Notes: generated by a model not told the origin, from the letters alone. Positions 36,727 to 49,680 are shown, counted from the first letter of the whole stretch. The stretch: 55,558 bases of DNA, filler included, from Squatina squatina (GCA_031763465.1; 3 parts of 3 records of this genome joined end to end with filler, not necessarily neighbours in it), one strand, 5' to 3'. Translations and numbers: made by a program.

Positions 36727-39700
36727 NNNNNNNNNNNNNNNNNNNNNNNNNNNNNNNNNNNNNNNNNNNNNNNNNNNNNNNNNNNNNNNNNNNNNNNNNN
36801 NNNNNNNNNNNNNNNNNNNNNNNNNNAATATTGATTTAAGACTTAGTCCTGAACAAAGGTCTTTGAGCTAATCTAAAGCAGCTTGGTTTGTATTGCACCC
36901 TGTTGATACATTTTATGGTTAGATGTGATTAGCGGGAGGTATATTCCTGCAGAGGAGGGAGAAATGATTGGAGGGTTTGGTCAACCTGAGCTCTGACGCA
37001 CCTAATATCTGATTTCAGATTGGTGTTGGCAGAGGCCTTGGTGTTTGATACATGCCTTCTGTGTACAGTGGTGGGTAATACATGGGGACCTGAAGATGGG
37101 GAGACTTTTAAAAATTGCTTATGCATTGGCTTCCTATACCAAAATGGAGCCTGCTTGCCTACTATTGGCTTCTTTCAAATGCCGTGTTTTAATCCCTTTG
37201 AGAGGAAAAGGAGTTTTGTTTAAATTTTGGAGAATAAAGGGTTTAACTTTCTCGTCCTTGTCAAATTAATCATCGGATTGGAAAAGAGCAGCAGCTTTCA
37301 CTGGGTTTTGTGCAGTGCTGTGAACGTAAGTGAGTGAGCATTTCAGGTGATTCTTTCTGTGCACTGAGGTACGCGGTTAATTGCCAGAGGATGCATTAAG
37401 CAGCGTTGGCTTTTGCTCAATGCCAGCCAAAGTCCGGAGACAATCAAACCCATAAGGGTCATTTTCTGCTTGAGCTCACTTTTTCCTCCCTTATGTTTNN
37501 NNNNNNNNNNNNNNNNNNNNNNNNNNNNNNNNNNNNNNNNNNNNNNNNNNNNNNNNNNNNNNNNNNNNNNNNNNNNNNNNNNNNNNNNNNNNNNNNNNNN
37601 NNNNNNNNNNNNNNNNNNNNNCATTTCTGCTCCATTTAATTACTGAATGGTGGGTGTGGGATACACTCACCTGTCGAGAAAGGAGGTTGGAGCAGGCTGT
37701 GATAAATTTTAATCACCGTGTCACTCTGACCTTTAGCCTGATCAGATCACATAGCAGATTGCTACCTAAGGAGGAAAGGTGACTGCGAGGTGAAAACAAG
37801 TAAATAAACACTGAGCGTTGCCACTTTAGTCCTGAAGCTTTTATTTCTGTGGCCCTTTTTCAAACTATGGTGAGTGATCTGGCCTATGGCAGTCGGAAAT
37901 ACTTCGGTGGAGCGAAAGTGGCAGCATCTGAATGTGTGTGCTAGCCAAACAGATTTCTGCAGCGATCTTTCCCACCGTTTACCCTGCTTAAGTGGGCGAG
38001 AGTTACCTTATTTGTCATGCCAACTTTCCCCACAATGAAAAGGCCTTCGAGCAATGCCCAGGTGCGGATTAAGTCGATCAACGTGAATCGGGTCGAGCGA
38101 CTGCAAAGAGTGAGAGGAGGTTGGCAGGAAGGATAATTATTTTCCAGCGCCTGCTTTCAGGTGTTGTCGGGCAGGGGTAAAAGCGTGTAATCCCTTGTAA
38201 AAACTGGCCTCTTCAGAGTGGTGTAAAACTGGAATGTTCAGCTGGTTCAGTGGATTAAGTGGAATTCATATTAGCAGCTAAGGCTGAGAGAGGGTATTAG
38301 GGACAAAGTAGCAATAGTAGGACGGTGCCGTATTGAAATCCGCCTACCAGGTGGTCTCCGCACTAGACACAGTGAACGACTGTGGGGGCNNNNNNNNNNN
38401 NNNNNNNNNNNNNNNNNNNNNNNNNNNNNNNNNNNNNNNNNNNNNNNNNNNNNNNNNNNNNNNNNNNNNNNNNNNNNNNNNNNNNNNNNNNNNNNNNNNN
38501 NNNNNNNNNNNNNNNNNNNNNNNNNNNNNNNNNNNNNNNNNGAGAGCTTTGCAGAAATGCCTGTCAGGCTTGGTTTACTACAATCACAGCAGTGATTAAG
38601 CTTCTTTTGATCACACATTTAGTTCTCTGTTTATCAGGGATGGGGGTAGGGAAGCATATTAATGTCTTGCACTAGGCCTACATAATTTCCCAGTGGGTCA
38701 GGGGGTCAGGTTTGTATTTAGTTAGTAGTAATGATCTCGTTAGGGATCTGAATGGACCACCGTCCAAGCTCATTCAAGGAATGAGCGTGGCTTCCCTTCC
38801 CCCGCCACCCCTCCTCTCTCTCTCTCTCTCTCTCTTCCATGTGTGGGCCAACACAAGACATGAACTGTGATTAATGGACTTCCAGGGCTTAATAACTTAC
38901 AAAGCAGAATTAAACAAGAGGAGGTGAGGACAATTGGGAGTGGGACACAGGAGGGGCAGGAGGTTGTTGTAAACAGTGCTAATACAATCACAGTGCATGA
39001 GATTAAGGAAGATGGTTGCATACAATGACACAGCTGGCAACTGGCAGGGAGCCAGGCCTGGGAGAAAGCTGCATTGCTGCTTCCAGGTGGCCGACTCAAG
39101 TTGGGCCTTTCAGTGTTGTGGTGGTTTTAAAAGAAGAGAGTTAACAGCCACTCTGTTGCCGAGAGACGATAACCGCTCTCCTTGTGCCTTGTCGTTGGAA
39201 TATTTTTGTAGGATGTAGACATTGAAACATAGTGACTCTTCCTGTAATATGGGGAAACAGGGTGATTTTTTTTTAAATGAATGGGTGTCTGGAAGTGCAA
39301 TACACACACAAAAAAAGCCAGGAATTAAATTTAGCTTTGCCATTGACCAACAACGTTAATGGAAATGTGATATTTTGTTGATGTATATTTAATGGCTCTG
39401 TTCTGACTGCCCTCAGCTCAGCTCTGTCCTTCCATTGTCGAATGGGGGCTGCCGTAATCTCCTCATATCCGGACAGTACTTCGACATGTTTAAGTGTTAA
39501 ACCCGTTCCCCCCCAAATATTATTGAAGAAAAAGGGGCTATATCATACTTTCTTTTATCATGCGGCTTCTTAATGCTGCTGACGTCTTTCATCAGTGTGC
39601 GCGCGGTCGGCGGAGGAAGGGGACTGGAGCTCGGTGTAAGGTGGGATGGTCTCGAGACGTTGCATTGTATTCAAAAATATATATATTATATATAGCAATA

Positions 39701-39862
39701 AAACTGCTGCTAAAATTGAAGAGGAGGAGGAAGAGGAAGAAGTATCGAGTTATATATTTTACAAATTCTATCACTTTACCGCGTCGGTTTTGATCTGATG
39801 CTTATACAAAAACTGTGGCATTAAAACGCGACATGGCAACAAAAAAAAACTAGATAACTGAC

Positions 39863-39989
39863 CTTGTGGATCCATTCATATTCTCCATATTTTGAATCAA
39901 AGGTCCCTTTCTGCAAAGATCTAAGTTTCAGGGTGAAACGTGGTCCAAGTTCCTGAAGGCCCACTTTTTTTTCATTCCTAAATATATAC
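39863..39989 (-). CDS. RPF1: Penultimate coding exon of ribosome production factor 1 (Brix domain C-terminus)
   Basis: 127-nt exon, ttaaag|G...AAG|gtcagt. Translates (R)[42 protein letters not shown], including the Brix ELGPRFTL motif. Not in the ORF track. Confidence 0.92.
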
Positions 39990-40172
39990 CTTTAACAAAA
40001 AATAGCACTGTTAGGGTCTGGTTCCAATGGACTCATGAGACATCAGTTCAACATATTACTTTATGTGTCAAAAGTCCACAAGAGCTGCATTATTAAGAAA
40101 CATAGAAAATACAGCACATAACAGGCCCTTCGGCCCACGATGTTGTGCCGAACCTTTGTCCCAGATCAGAAA

Positions 40173-40272
40173 NNNNNNNNNNNNNNNNNNNNNNNNNNNN
40201 NNNNNNNNNNNNNNNNTTAATTAATTAANNNNNNNNNNNNNNNNNNNNNNNNNNNNNNNNNNNNNNNNNNNN
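40173..40272. other. Artificial scaffold linker (six-frame stop spacer)
   Basis: 44 N + TTAATTAATTAA (40217-40228) + 44 N, identical to the first linker. Confidence 0.95.
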
Positions 40273-40880
40273 CAATCGCCGTCACCTGGAGACCATGACC
40301 TCATTGCCGTGCTCATCGTCCCGGTAGCACGCTGCACCCGAACTTTGGTTCCGCCCCCTGCAGCAATCGCCGGGCAAAAACACCGGCAGCTGCAGGAGGC
40401 GTTCATCGGGAGGCCGGGCGCTTCCAGCGTGATGCTTAAAGGCAAGGTGGCCAAGGTAAGTAAAATAAATGCTGAAATGCTCGCTTTGAATTTTTTTCGA
40501 TGCTTTTCCCCCTCAGTTGATCAGCCCGGCACTCTGCTGCAGTGNNNNNNNNNNGGGCCAGATCTGAGCTGCCGTCAGGGTCGAGGTATGTTCTTCTTTT
40601 GCAGAGCCTGCAGCGATGGCCATTCGCTTTTGCAGAGGTAAGGAGCCTTTCAATGCGGCAGTGCTGCACGGCCCATTGTACAGCGGTGCACAAGTACCGC
40701 CCTGCCTGCTGCCTCTTGCACTCCAGGAAGGAAGTGGAGTGCATTAATTAGTGCACCACTTCCTTCCTGGAGTGCAAACAACAAATTGTTTTAAATTTTT
40801 AAACATTAGCGCCTAGCAGTCATTTTCTTCAATTTTAAAAATTTAGCGACCCAGACGGGGTGCTCCCGATTTTCTCCCCC
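40273..40880. mobile_element. GC-rich DNA-transposon-like element, right part, with an internal palindrome
   Basis: CpG-rich, ends cgattttctccccc. Palindrome at 40716-40777. Confidence 0.5.
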
Positions 40881-43348
40881 TATGAATTCATGGGTTAGCC
40901 CTGGAACTACCCCAGGTATGCCACCTTTACATCTGTATTCTCCCCACCAACTGGAATTTCCAGCATTTTTGGCATGGGGCAGAAACCCAGTGAACCTAGG
41001 TTCCATCCCAAATTCGAGACCATCGGCAAGATTTTGGGACCTTTACTCTATGTCTTGCAATGTTACCTGGGTGCCGCAGCGGCAGCGCCCCAGGACAGTT
41101 AGCAAGTCCCAACCATCATTTCGCACAAGTGAGCTGAAATGGTCCAGTGCATCATTCGAGTTATGACATTTTAATGCTGGTTCCAAGCAGCTGTGGCTGC
41201 AACTGCGCATTTTTTTACTCCAGGAAAAGCCAGAACCAATGAATATAGAGGAGAGAAGAGAATGGGAATCAGCTGAGCCAGGTGGAGACAGTTGGTTGGC
41301 ATACACATGTGCTGAGCAGAGGAATTAAAAACAGGAAAGTCAGCATGAAAGTTAGAGGGATGCGAGAACCTGAATAACTTTCGAGATCCACTGAATCAGA
41401 TGGTTTTCTTCAAATTTGTTATCAAGGATGATAATTAGCTTCTGCCAGCATTGCGCAAAGACATGTGGGCAGGCTACACATGCAGCCAGGCCTCCAGTGT
41501 TGCTATCATTATTCCATGCTAGTTGCAATTGTGCCAAGAAGGTTTGTTGCTGGAAATAGATGCCATCAGTGTAAAGGGAGTGCTCTATTCTGCAACAGTA
41601 ACATCCCTGATCTCATGAGCACACACAAAAAGCACACTTTATTTAGCTTTTTGCTGAAGAGGTCAATTTTATGAGATTATGTGCTCCTAGTGCAGCACTT
41701 TGCTTGCCGTGACCATATAAGAGAAATTAGGGTGCATATTCTCCATAATTTTTAGCCATTATAATTAATAGACAGTAAACTACGGAGAGCAGTGCCCGTA
41801 TATCCCAATATGCAGTTAGCACCCACCAACAGCACAATTTCATAAACTTGGTCCTGATAACAATAATATAGAGGAAATAAATAAAAAAATGTGTGTATAT
41901 ATTTATATATATATAATAGTCTTTAGTATCTTCTTCTCATTATTGTCTAATGTATTCGCCGATTAGCCACACTGTATATTGTTTTGCCACAAAGCACAGC
42001 TGGGAGCTAAAAGGGTGCTAAAAACCTGATTATACAAAACAGTTAGGAATTCATTATCACCACGAGATCCCATACTGAATAAAGACTGGGTGCTTTGTGA
42101 ACACAATTAAATAAAATTAGCCGCATACAAGTTAAATAAGCATCAAACAGAGTTTGAAATTACAATGACAGCGGTGGGCAGGATCTTTATTCAAAGGACT
42201 CCGTTACATTCCTAAAACCAACATTCTGACTCTTAATACTACATGATTTACAGTGCTGTGTCAGCCAATCCAAAGAGCGATATTGTTTTAGCACTGACCT
42301 CATGTTAATTAGTACATAGTAATTCCAATTAAGACATATATGAAACCGAGTGTTTGATCTCACCATGAAGTGCGAAAATATATTAATTGTGTTTTTCAGT
42401 GTCATTTTTATTATTGTATAATGACTTGAAGCATGCAATGTTGATATATGGTGAACAGCAATCAGACACGGTCTAATGTGTACACTGTTTTATTCGATTA
42501 TATGATTCAGGGTATAATTTACAGCATTAGATATTGAGTAATACCAATTATTGAACTGATATGGTGGGGCTTTCAGTGAATAGTAAACTAGTAAGCCAAT
42601 GCTAATACTTGCAGTGCAATGTATCAATTATATATGGGTTTTATTATTATTTACTGTAGTGAGATAGTGCTGATGTTTGCAGTGCTGTGTACTTGTTATA
42701 TACTGGCTTGGTTTTGTTCAGTTAATATTTATAATTATCAAATTCTTATGCAAGTGTATTTTAACAGCAAATTCGGATGGGAGCCTCACCCAACAGATGT
42801 CTAGGATGGTGGGATCTGTTTTTGGGATGTACAAAATGTTTACATCCACTCACGGCCATCCAGTACTATAGCAATTCAGGTGTAATGCACTGCAAATTCT
42901 GGTTCAGTTTTAACACAATGACAAATATTTGTGCAGTAAATATATATAAAAATTTGCAGGGCTGTGGGGAAAGAGCAGAAGAATGGGACTAATTGGACAG
43001 CTGTTTCAAAGAGCTGATGACCTTCTGTGTTGTATGATTCTATGATTTAGCACTGGTGGACTAAACAGACCAACTTTGGGTAAATCTAATTAGCTTCAGC
43101 CATGAAGCAAAGTAAATTCAGTAAACTAACAAATTCCACTTCCGATAAATGGCATTTGGACCAGACCTTAAAAATGTTAAGCTTACTGATGCATAATTTT
43201 CTAGAATGCCTCAATCTCCCAAGTTTGAAAGCTGTCTGAAAGTTTTATGTCTATTAACAAGCTGTGTTTCATCCTTTCTGATGGTCTGTACACATATTAC
43301 AGAATGATTCATTGTATTTTCTGTTGGTGGAAGTAATGAGTAACTCAC

Positions 43349-43508
43349 CAGCTCCTTGATGTCTCCCAACAAGAACATCTGCCCCCACCATACATCCCAT
43401 CCCCAGCAGACACACCCCGACTCCAATGAAGTGAAGAGCCTTGTATCTCACCAGCAGGAAGAACCAGGACAGCAACAGTACCACTGGAATAACAAAACAA
43501 TCTAAAAG
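43349..43508 (-). CDS. SLC35F1: Internal coding exon (probably exon 4) of solute carrier family 35 member F1
   Basis: 160-nt exon, tttcag|CTT...GCTG|gtgagt. Translates [53 protein letters not shown](G). Confidence 0.93.
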
Positions 43509-43682
43509 CTGAAACACAAAAAAGAAAGGGCAAAATAAACCATTACTGTCAATATCGCCAGCCACAGAGTTAACAAACAGTGCAACTAGAGCCTCACTAC
43601 TGACAACACTCCATTAATTCTCTCGTCAAATAACTGTCTGACTACATCTTAAAGTTCTTCACGTTATCAGTCTTGATTCGAT

Positions 43683-44504
43683 CTCTGTGCAGTAGTTCTA
43701 TCTGATCTGTCCATTCACTGTCCCTCTGTGTGCAGTAGTTCTATCTGAGCTGTGCACACCCTCTGTGTGCAGTAGTTCTATCTGATCTGCCCATTCACTG
43801 TCCCTTTGTGTACAGTAGTTCTATCTGAGCTGCCCATTCCCTGTGTAAAGTAGTTCTATCTGATCTGTCCATTCCGCACTGTGTGCAGTAGTTCTATCTG
43901 ATCTGCCCATTCCCTGTGTACAGTAGTTCTATCTGATCTGCCCATTCCCCTCTGTGTACAGTAGTTCTATCTGATCTGCCCATTCCCCTCTGTGCACAGT
44001 AGTTCTATCTGACCAGCCCATTCCCTCTGTGTACAGTAGTTCTATCTGATCTGTCCATTCCCCTGTGTACAGTAGTTCTATCTGATCTGCCCATTCCCCT
44101 CTGTGTACAGTAGTTCTATCTGATCTGCCCATTCCCTGTGTACAGTAGTTCTATCTGATCTGTCCATTCCCTGTGTACAGTAGTTCTATCTGATCTGTCC
44201 ATTCCCTTCTGTGTACAGTAGTTCTATCTGATCTGTCCATCCCCCTCTGTGTACAGTAGTTCTATCTGATCTGCCCATTCCCTGTGTACAGTAGTTCTAT
44301 CTGATCTGCCCATTCCCCTCTGAGTACAGTAGTTCTATCTGCTCTGTCCATTCCCCTGTGTACAGTAGTGCTATCTGATCTGTCCATTCGCTGTGTACAG
44401 TAGTTCTATCTGATCTGTCCATTCCCACTGTGTACAGTAGTTCTATCTGATCTGTCCATTCCCTCTGTGTACAGTAGTTCTATCTGATCTGTCCATTCCC
44501 TCTG
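43683..44504. repeat. Minisatellite with a ~35-43 bp unit, about 22 visible copies, running into a gap
   Basis: Consensus approximately ctgtgtacagtagttctatctgatctg(c/t)ccattccc(ct). Head-to-tail with no unique spacers. Confidence 0.95.
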
Positions 44505-46325
44505 NNNNNNNNNNNNNNNNNNNNNNNNNNNNNNNNNNNNNNNNNNNNNNNNNNNNNNNNNNNNNNNNNNNNNNNNNNNNNNNNNNNNNNNNNNNNNNNN
44601 NNNNCATCTGTGAAATACGACCAATTCAACATTCAATAATTCATATATGAACTTTTGATTTATAGAGAGGAGAAGACTAAATTAAGTTATGATAGGAGTA
44701 ATAAATTAGAAGAAAGGGGTAAATTGACATTACAGCTCCAGACCAATGTTGTAAGAAAAGGTCAGTTTGATATGCCTGAACCAACTGTGCAAGACTACTG
44801 GCTTTATCTTTCAGAATACCTTTAATTATCATTAATCAACTGGTAAATCCATTTCAAGAGGTCCATTATCCTGGTTGTGAGAGGTTTGCAGATTTGATGA
44901 GAGACTTTTTTTCTAATGAGGAAGATAACTGAGCTTCTGACTAATCGCAGTAGCTAGCACACATAATTAGCACATAAGGGCAATTTTATGGAATTTAATG
45001 GACAGAAAATCCTGTGGGGCCTTTTGAGTTCTACATCCAAATTCTCTGTATGTGCTAGTGAGGGAAACCTCACCCAGAGCTCAAATTTATACAAGTTACC
45101 TCCTAAAATAAATCCAATTAACTCCAGCAGTCAATTTTGGGATAGTAAATGCTGAATAAACACTAAATGGTAAAATTAATCTTTAAATAGGAAATTGTCA
45201 GATGAAGTTTATTAACGCGGTTGATTACAAATGACATTGCCCAAACTGAGTGGACTCACTGGGAACAACAGTCGGGCTGATGTCGGGAAAATGAGGTGAC
45301 ACTGATGCCTAATGACCCACAGAGATTGACTTAAATTGATGGTTGATGGTTTTGGCAGTAACATGGTAATAACAATATAAATATTGCCTCCAGTGATGCA
45401 AGCTGCCATTTTTGTGTCTGCTCAAATGGCAGACTGAGCAGCTGAGCCTGCCTGAACAGGCCAGCAATGTAATGTCCTGATTGCTACCCAATGTGAGGCG
45501 TTCTTGGCCATTGGGGAAGATACAGTGGCCAAAAAATAAAATTGAAAAATGATACGCACATACAAGTTGTTTGCCTACTAATACTGTGCCATGAAATCCA
45601 CCCTGCACTATACATCAAGAGGATTTCATGGTACTAAGAGCCTGGGGTGTTCCTGAAAGAGGATATTGCATATTTTACATGCCATCAATTTATTGAGCAG
45701 TTGGAGCACTTAAAGCTCAGACTAAGAATGTCTGTTCTAGTTTTGAATATTAGGTAAGCTATACTGATAATAATTGGTCTCAATTATGATTATTAATGCA
45801 CTTTTTTAATGTTGCACTCATGCTTCAATGTTCCGTCTATTAAATTAACTTCATGATGTGGATTTTGGAACCTCAGCCCGGGACTTGCTACAATTCCAAA
45901 CAAATATGATGTCACATTTACTGAATTGTGTTGGTATCGACAGTTGCAGTGTGATAAAGCAGCCAAAATAGTGCTGTCTTTGGAGCCCATGTACACCATC
46001 AAAATGTTGCTTTCATGAATACTTCCATCCTTAATGGCTCTACAAACAGAATTTGTCTTGCCATCATAGGCAGAAGCAGTTGGTTGTGAGGAACCTGAGT
46101 ACACAAGCCATTCAAATGGCTTTGTGCTTGATGGCCCATATGGATCTTCAACAACCATCGGGAAAGACCCCACTTTTAGGACATGGTCAGTTTAATCTTT
46201 CAGTTGCTGAGGTATCCATTCTGAAATGTTTTCTATCACAGCCAAAACCTGAATGACTTGCTAAAGCACCTCTACATTATTAATGTGTCATTAAGTCTTT
46301 TAACTATTATTTCTGCAATAATCTA

Positions 46326-46587
46326 GGGGCGGCCAATTCGACTGCCCTGAGTTACTGGCACTAAGGGATGAATTGTTGAACGTAAAGTTCCAGTTTTTGA
46401 ATTCTCCTTTTAGGCCTGCAATTTGGCACTTCAAAAAAAAAATTCCTGACAGCTTTAAAAAACATGCTAATTTCAGTGCTAAAGGGCACTTTTAATCTTA
46501 GTTTATTTCAGCAGGTGAATTGTGGGACAGATCGAAGAGCTGCTATCAAGTGTCAGGCCACCTCAGCCCTTAAAGTGGTTCATTCTG
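46326..46587. mobile_element. MITE-like element end
   Basis: 46326-46488 is an imperfect reverse complement of 52820-52982. Confidence 0.7.
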
Positions 46588-47324
46588 NNNNNNNNNNNNN
46601 NNNNNNNNNNNNNNNNNNNNNNNNNNNNNNNNNNNNNNNNNNNNNNNNNNNNNNNNNNNNNNNNNNNNNNNNNNNNNNNNNNNNNNNAAAGCTGCATCGA
46701 CAAAATGTTACCTAATGTACACACTAATCTAGTCTGGCAATTCTCTCTTTGGCATACTTAGTGGCTCAAAATGATTTTTCCCTCTTTTGCAGTAATGTCC
46801 AACACATATTTTCCCCAATTGTAAGCAATGAATTATCAAATCCTGATTCAAACAACCAAACACTGAACATTTTCCAGAAAACAGAAGCCATGGCAGATGT
46901 CTAACTAATAAGATATGCACACTGATTATGTGTGAAGATATATAATGAAGCCTCATTTCTGCATTAGTAGAAGTGTTTTATTTCTATGCAGCCTCATAAA
47001 CAGCTTGACAGATGAAGTAAGTCTGACGACGTTGCAGCGGGTGATAACAAGCATATCTTAGCAATGGATTTATCTCTGTATTTGAGATAAATTGCACAGT
47101 AACAATTCTAATGCACCATTCATCCTCGAAATACAGATTTGGCTCTATTGCATAGAGAGTTGAATCTACATAGGTGGGTTTGTGAGTGAAATTGAGTCAA
47201 AGTCCTGATGTATGTAAATTGATGNNNNNNNNNNNNNNNNNNNNNNNNNNNNNNNNNNNNNNNNNNNNNNNNNNNNNNNNNNNNNNNNNNNNNNNNNNNN
47301 NNNNNNNNNNNNNNNNNNNNNNNN

Positions 47325-47398
47325 TGTTTTCCAAGTGCTCTGCTATTACATCTTTTATAATGGACTCTAGCATTTTCCCCACTACCGATATCAGGCTA
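47325..47398 (-). mobile_element. CR1 reverse-transcriptase fragment
   Basis: Translates SLISVVGKMLESIIKDVIAEHLEN. Confidence 0.8.
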
Positions 47399-48166
47399 AC
47401 CCAGGACTCGGAAAACGCAGTAGTGAAAGGGAAGCAGGAGCTGCTGGCTCCACAAGCTGAATGCCTTTCTCAGAACTCCTTATGGGCCAGGAGGAGCAGT
47501 ACTTCTCCCCGCAGCCCCTCAGAAAAGCCTCCAGCGTCCCCAATCCTGACCGCCGGCCTCTCCCGCTACAGCCCTGATCGCCAATTTTCCTCTCTCCCGG
47601 TTGCAAGGAACCATCCCAAAGGGTCCCTGGCTGCGGCCTCTTACCATTGGAGCTGCTGGCCAGGCTGTCAAGTTGGCTGGGTTCTTTGGCCATTTTCCTC
47701 CCAGCTCCCCATTGATATTGGGGCCAAAATGTTTCTGTCCTCACTAACGCACCAGAAATAGAGAAATCATAAGTGAGAAAAATATTAACCTTCACAGGTG
47801 TGACTCCAGCCCGTACTTCATGATTGAAAACTACAGTTAATGTATAAACAGCGTGACTGTCATTTTTAAAAAAGCTAGGGGTAAGGTTAAGGACTGGAAT
47901 TACCACAACAAAAGTAATTCATAACATTTTAATTTAAGAAGCTAATCATTACAAAACATTTACAAGCAGAAACATGGCCAAACATTTAACAATTAATTAA
48001 TGGTCAAAGAATAAACATTCTTTTTGCAAAAACAAAAAATACACAGTGGTTTTTAAATTTATATAGAAATACTAAACAATTTGCAACTAAATGCTAGATG
48101 AGTCATTTTTCTTTCCACCCTTTACAACTAAAAGAGGAAGTTCTTGTGAAGTTGAGTGTGGCCTAC

Positions 48167-48323
48167 CTTGTCGTACTGCCAGCGTGGTTGTGTAAACCAG
48201 GAACAGGAGGATGTAGTTGAGAAAGCTCTGAAACACTGGAGTGTTGGCATGGAAGTCGTCCACCAAGTACTTGCTAGTCAGGGCTATACCACAGATCAAC
48301 AGTGACAGCACCTGGCCCAGTGC
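48167..48323 (-). CDS. SLC35F1: Internal coding exon (probably exon 2, 5' end lost in a gap) of SLC35F1
   Basis: Translates [52 protein letters not shown](G). Donor is AAG|gtaggc. The acceptor lies in the N gap starting at 48324. Confidence 0.92.
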
Positions 48324-49680
48324 NNNNNNNNNNNNNNNNNNNNNNNNNNNNNNNNNNNNNNNNNNNNNNNNNNNNNNNNNNNNNNNNNNNNNNNNNNNNN
48401 NNNNNNNNNNNNNNNNNNNNNNNACCATCAGTATTTTCAGACTGAAGCCAATGGAAATAAAAATTGGTAGAGATGTAAAACAGGCTAACAATTTGCTATC
48501 GCCTGTTTTACACTACCGCACAGTCAAAATCTACCCCTACGTTTCCTGACACAATCTTGACAAATAAAAAGTATATCACAAGAATGAAGCATCACCAATC
48601 AAGTGGAGGCATCCACATGAGACTTTACAGGAATGGCTCTTAATGGCACAACTCATAACTCTTGGCATAATTGATAATGTCATTAATATGGCGCTGATTG
48701 TTAGTTTTGATACAGTTGGATACTGCAAATCCTAATTACTTCATTCATGATTCCGTGCACAGAAATTGCAGGTTCTTAGGCTTTAAAAAGAGAATTTAAA
48801 TAGCTCTACATCGCTTTTCTTACAGCCTCCCCAGGCTCCTGAATAAATCTTCCTTTCTTTCATGGCTTTCTGAGCAACAGCAGGGCAGCCTTTACAGCCT
48901 GACTGCTTCTACAAGTGATATGAATGTAAATGCTGTCAGAAATGAAATGAGTTGACTGGAGAGCAGAAATGGCTTGCTTCCATTGCAGACCAGTTCTATT
49001 TTTCTTTTTAAGATACATATTGTTATCCCCCCCCCCTCATCATTTTTTCTTTGCTTGCTGGATACTTGCCTAAATGGCATATTCTTTTAGATGGGAAACT
49101 GCTCATTTCTCCAGATCTAGGATTTGATGATGTTGCCTCCAGAAAATGTTCCACCATGGCCAAGAATTGACATAGCACAGAAGATCTCAACTTTATACAG
49201 CAGGATAGCTTTTAGGGACTGAACTCAAAACCTTCTGCTTGTGAGACTACTGCATAATTACTTCCTTACTCTAATGATTGTAGCCTCTAAAAGGAAAACT
49301 TCATCCAAACAACTTCCATATAATATGTAAAACACTCCTCCAGTACCAATCTCCCTGCACCAGTGCATTTCTTTGGTGCACATAAAAAACATATAAACTC
49401 TTGTTGGTCATCAANNNNNNNNNNNNNNNNNNNNNNNNNNNNNNNNNNNNNNNNNNNNNNNNNNNNNNNNNNNNNNNNNNNNNNNNNNNNNNNNNNNNNN
49501 NNNNNNNNNNNNNNTATTGCCCTCACCAAGACGGCAAACAGTGCGGGCCGCACCAGAGGTGGGCGAAAGCGAGGCGGATGCTATTTTTAAAAAAAACAGC
49601 CAAAAGTGCCAGCGCTGTGGAGGTGAATTTTGCGGCCCATATTTCAGTGCTGCCCTCTTGCATCATACATTTTACATTCG

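Noticed and set aside
36827-39850. GNG5 (human neighbour of RPF1) or the final RPF1 exon
   Set aside because: I searched by eye for the expected peptides and found neither.
43683-44504. CRISPR-like array (about 36-bp period, weak dyad)
   Set aside because: There are no unique spacers and no cas genes, and it lies in a vertebrate intron. It is a minisatellite.
47186-47906. 191-aa and 171-aa ORFs
   Set aside because: They are made up of a gap, a CR1 fragment and GC-rich repeat-like sequence within an SLC35F1 intron.
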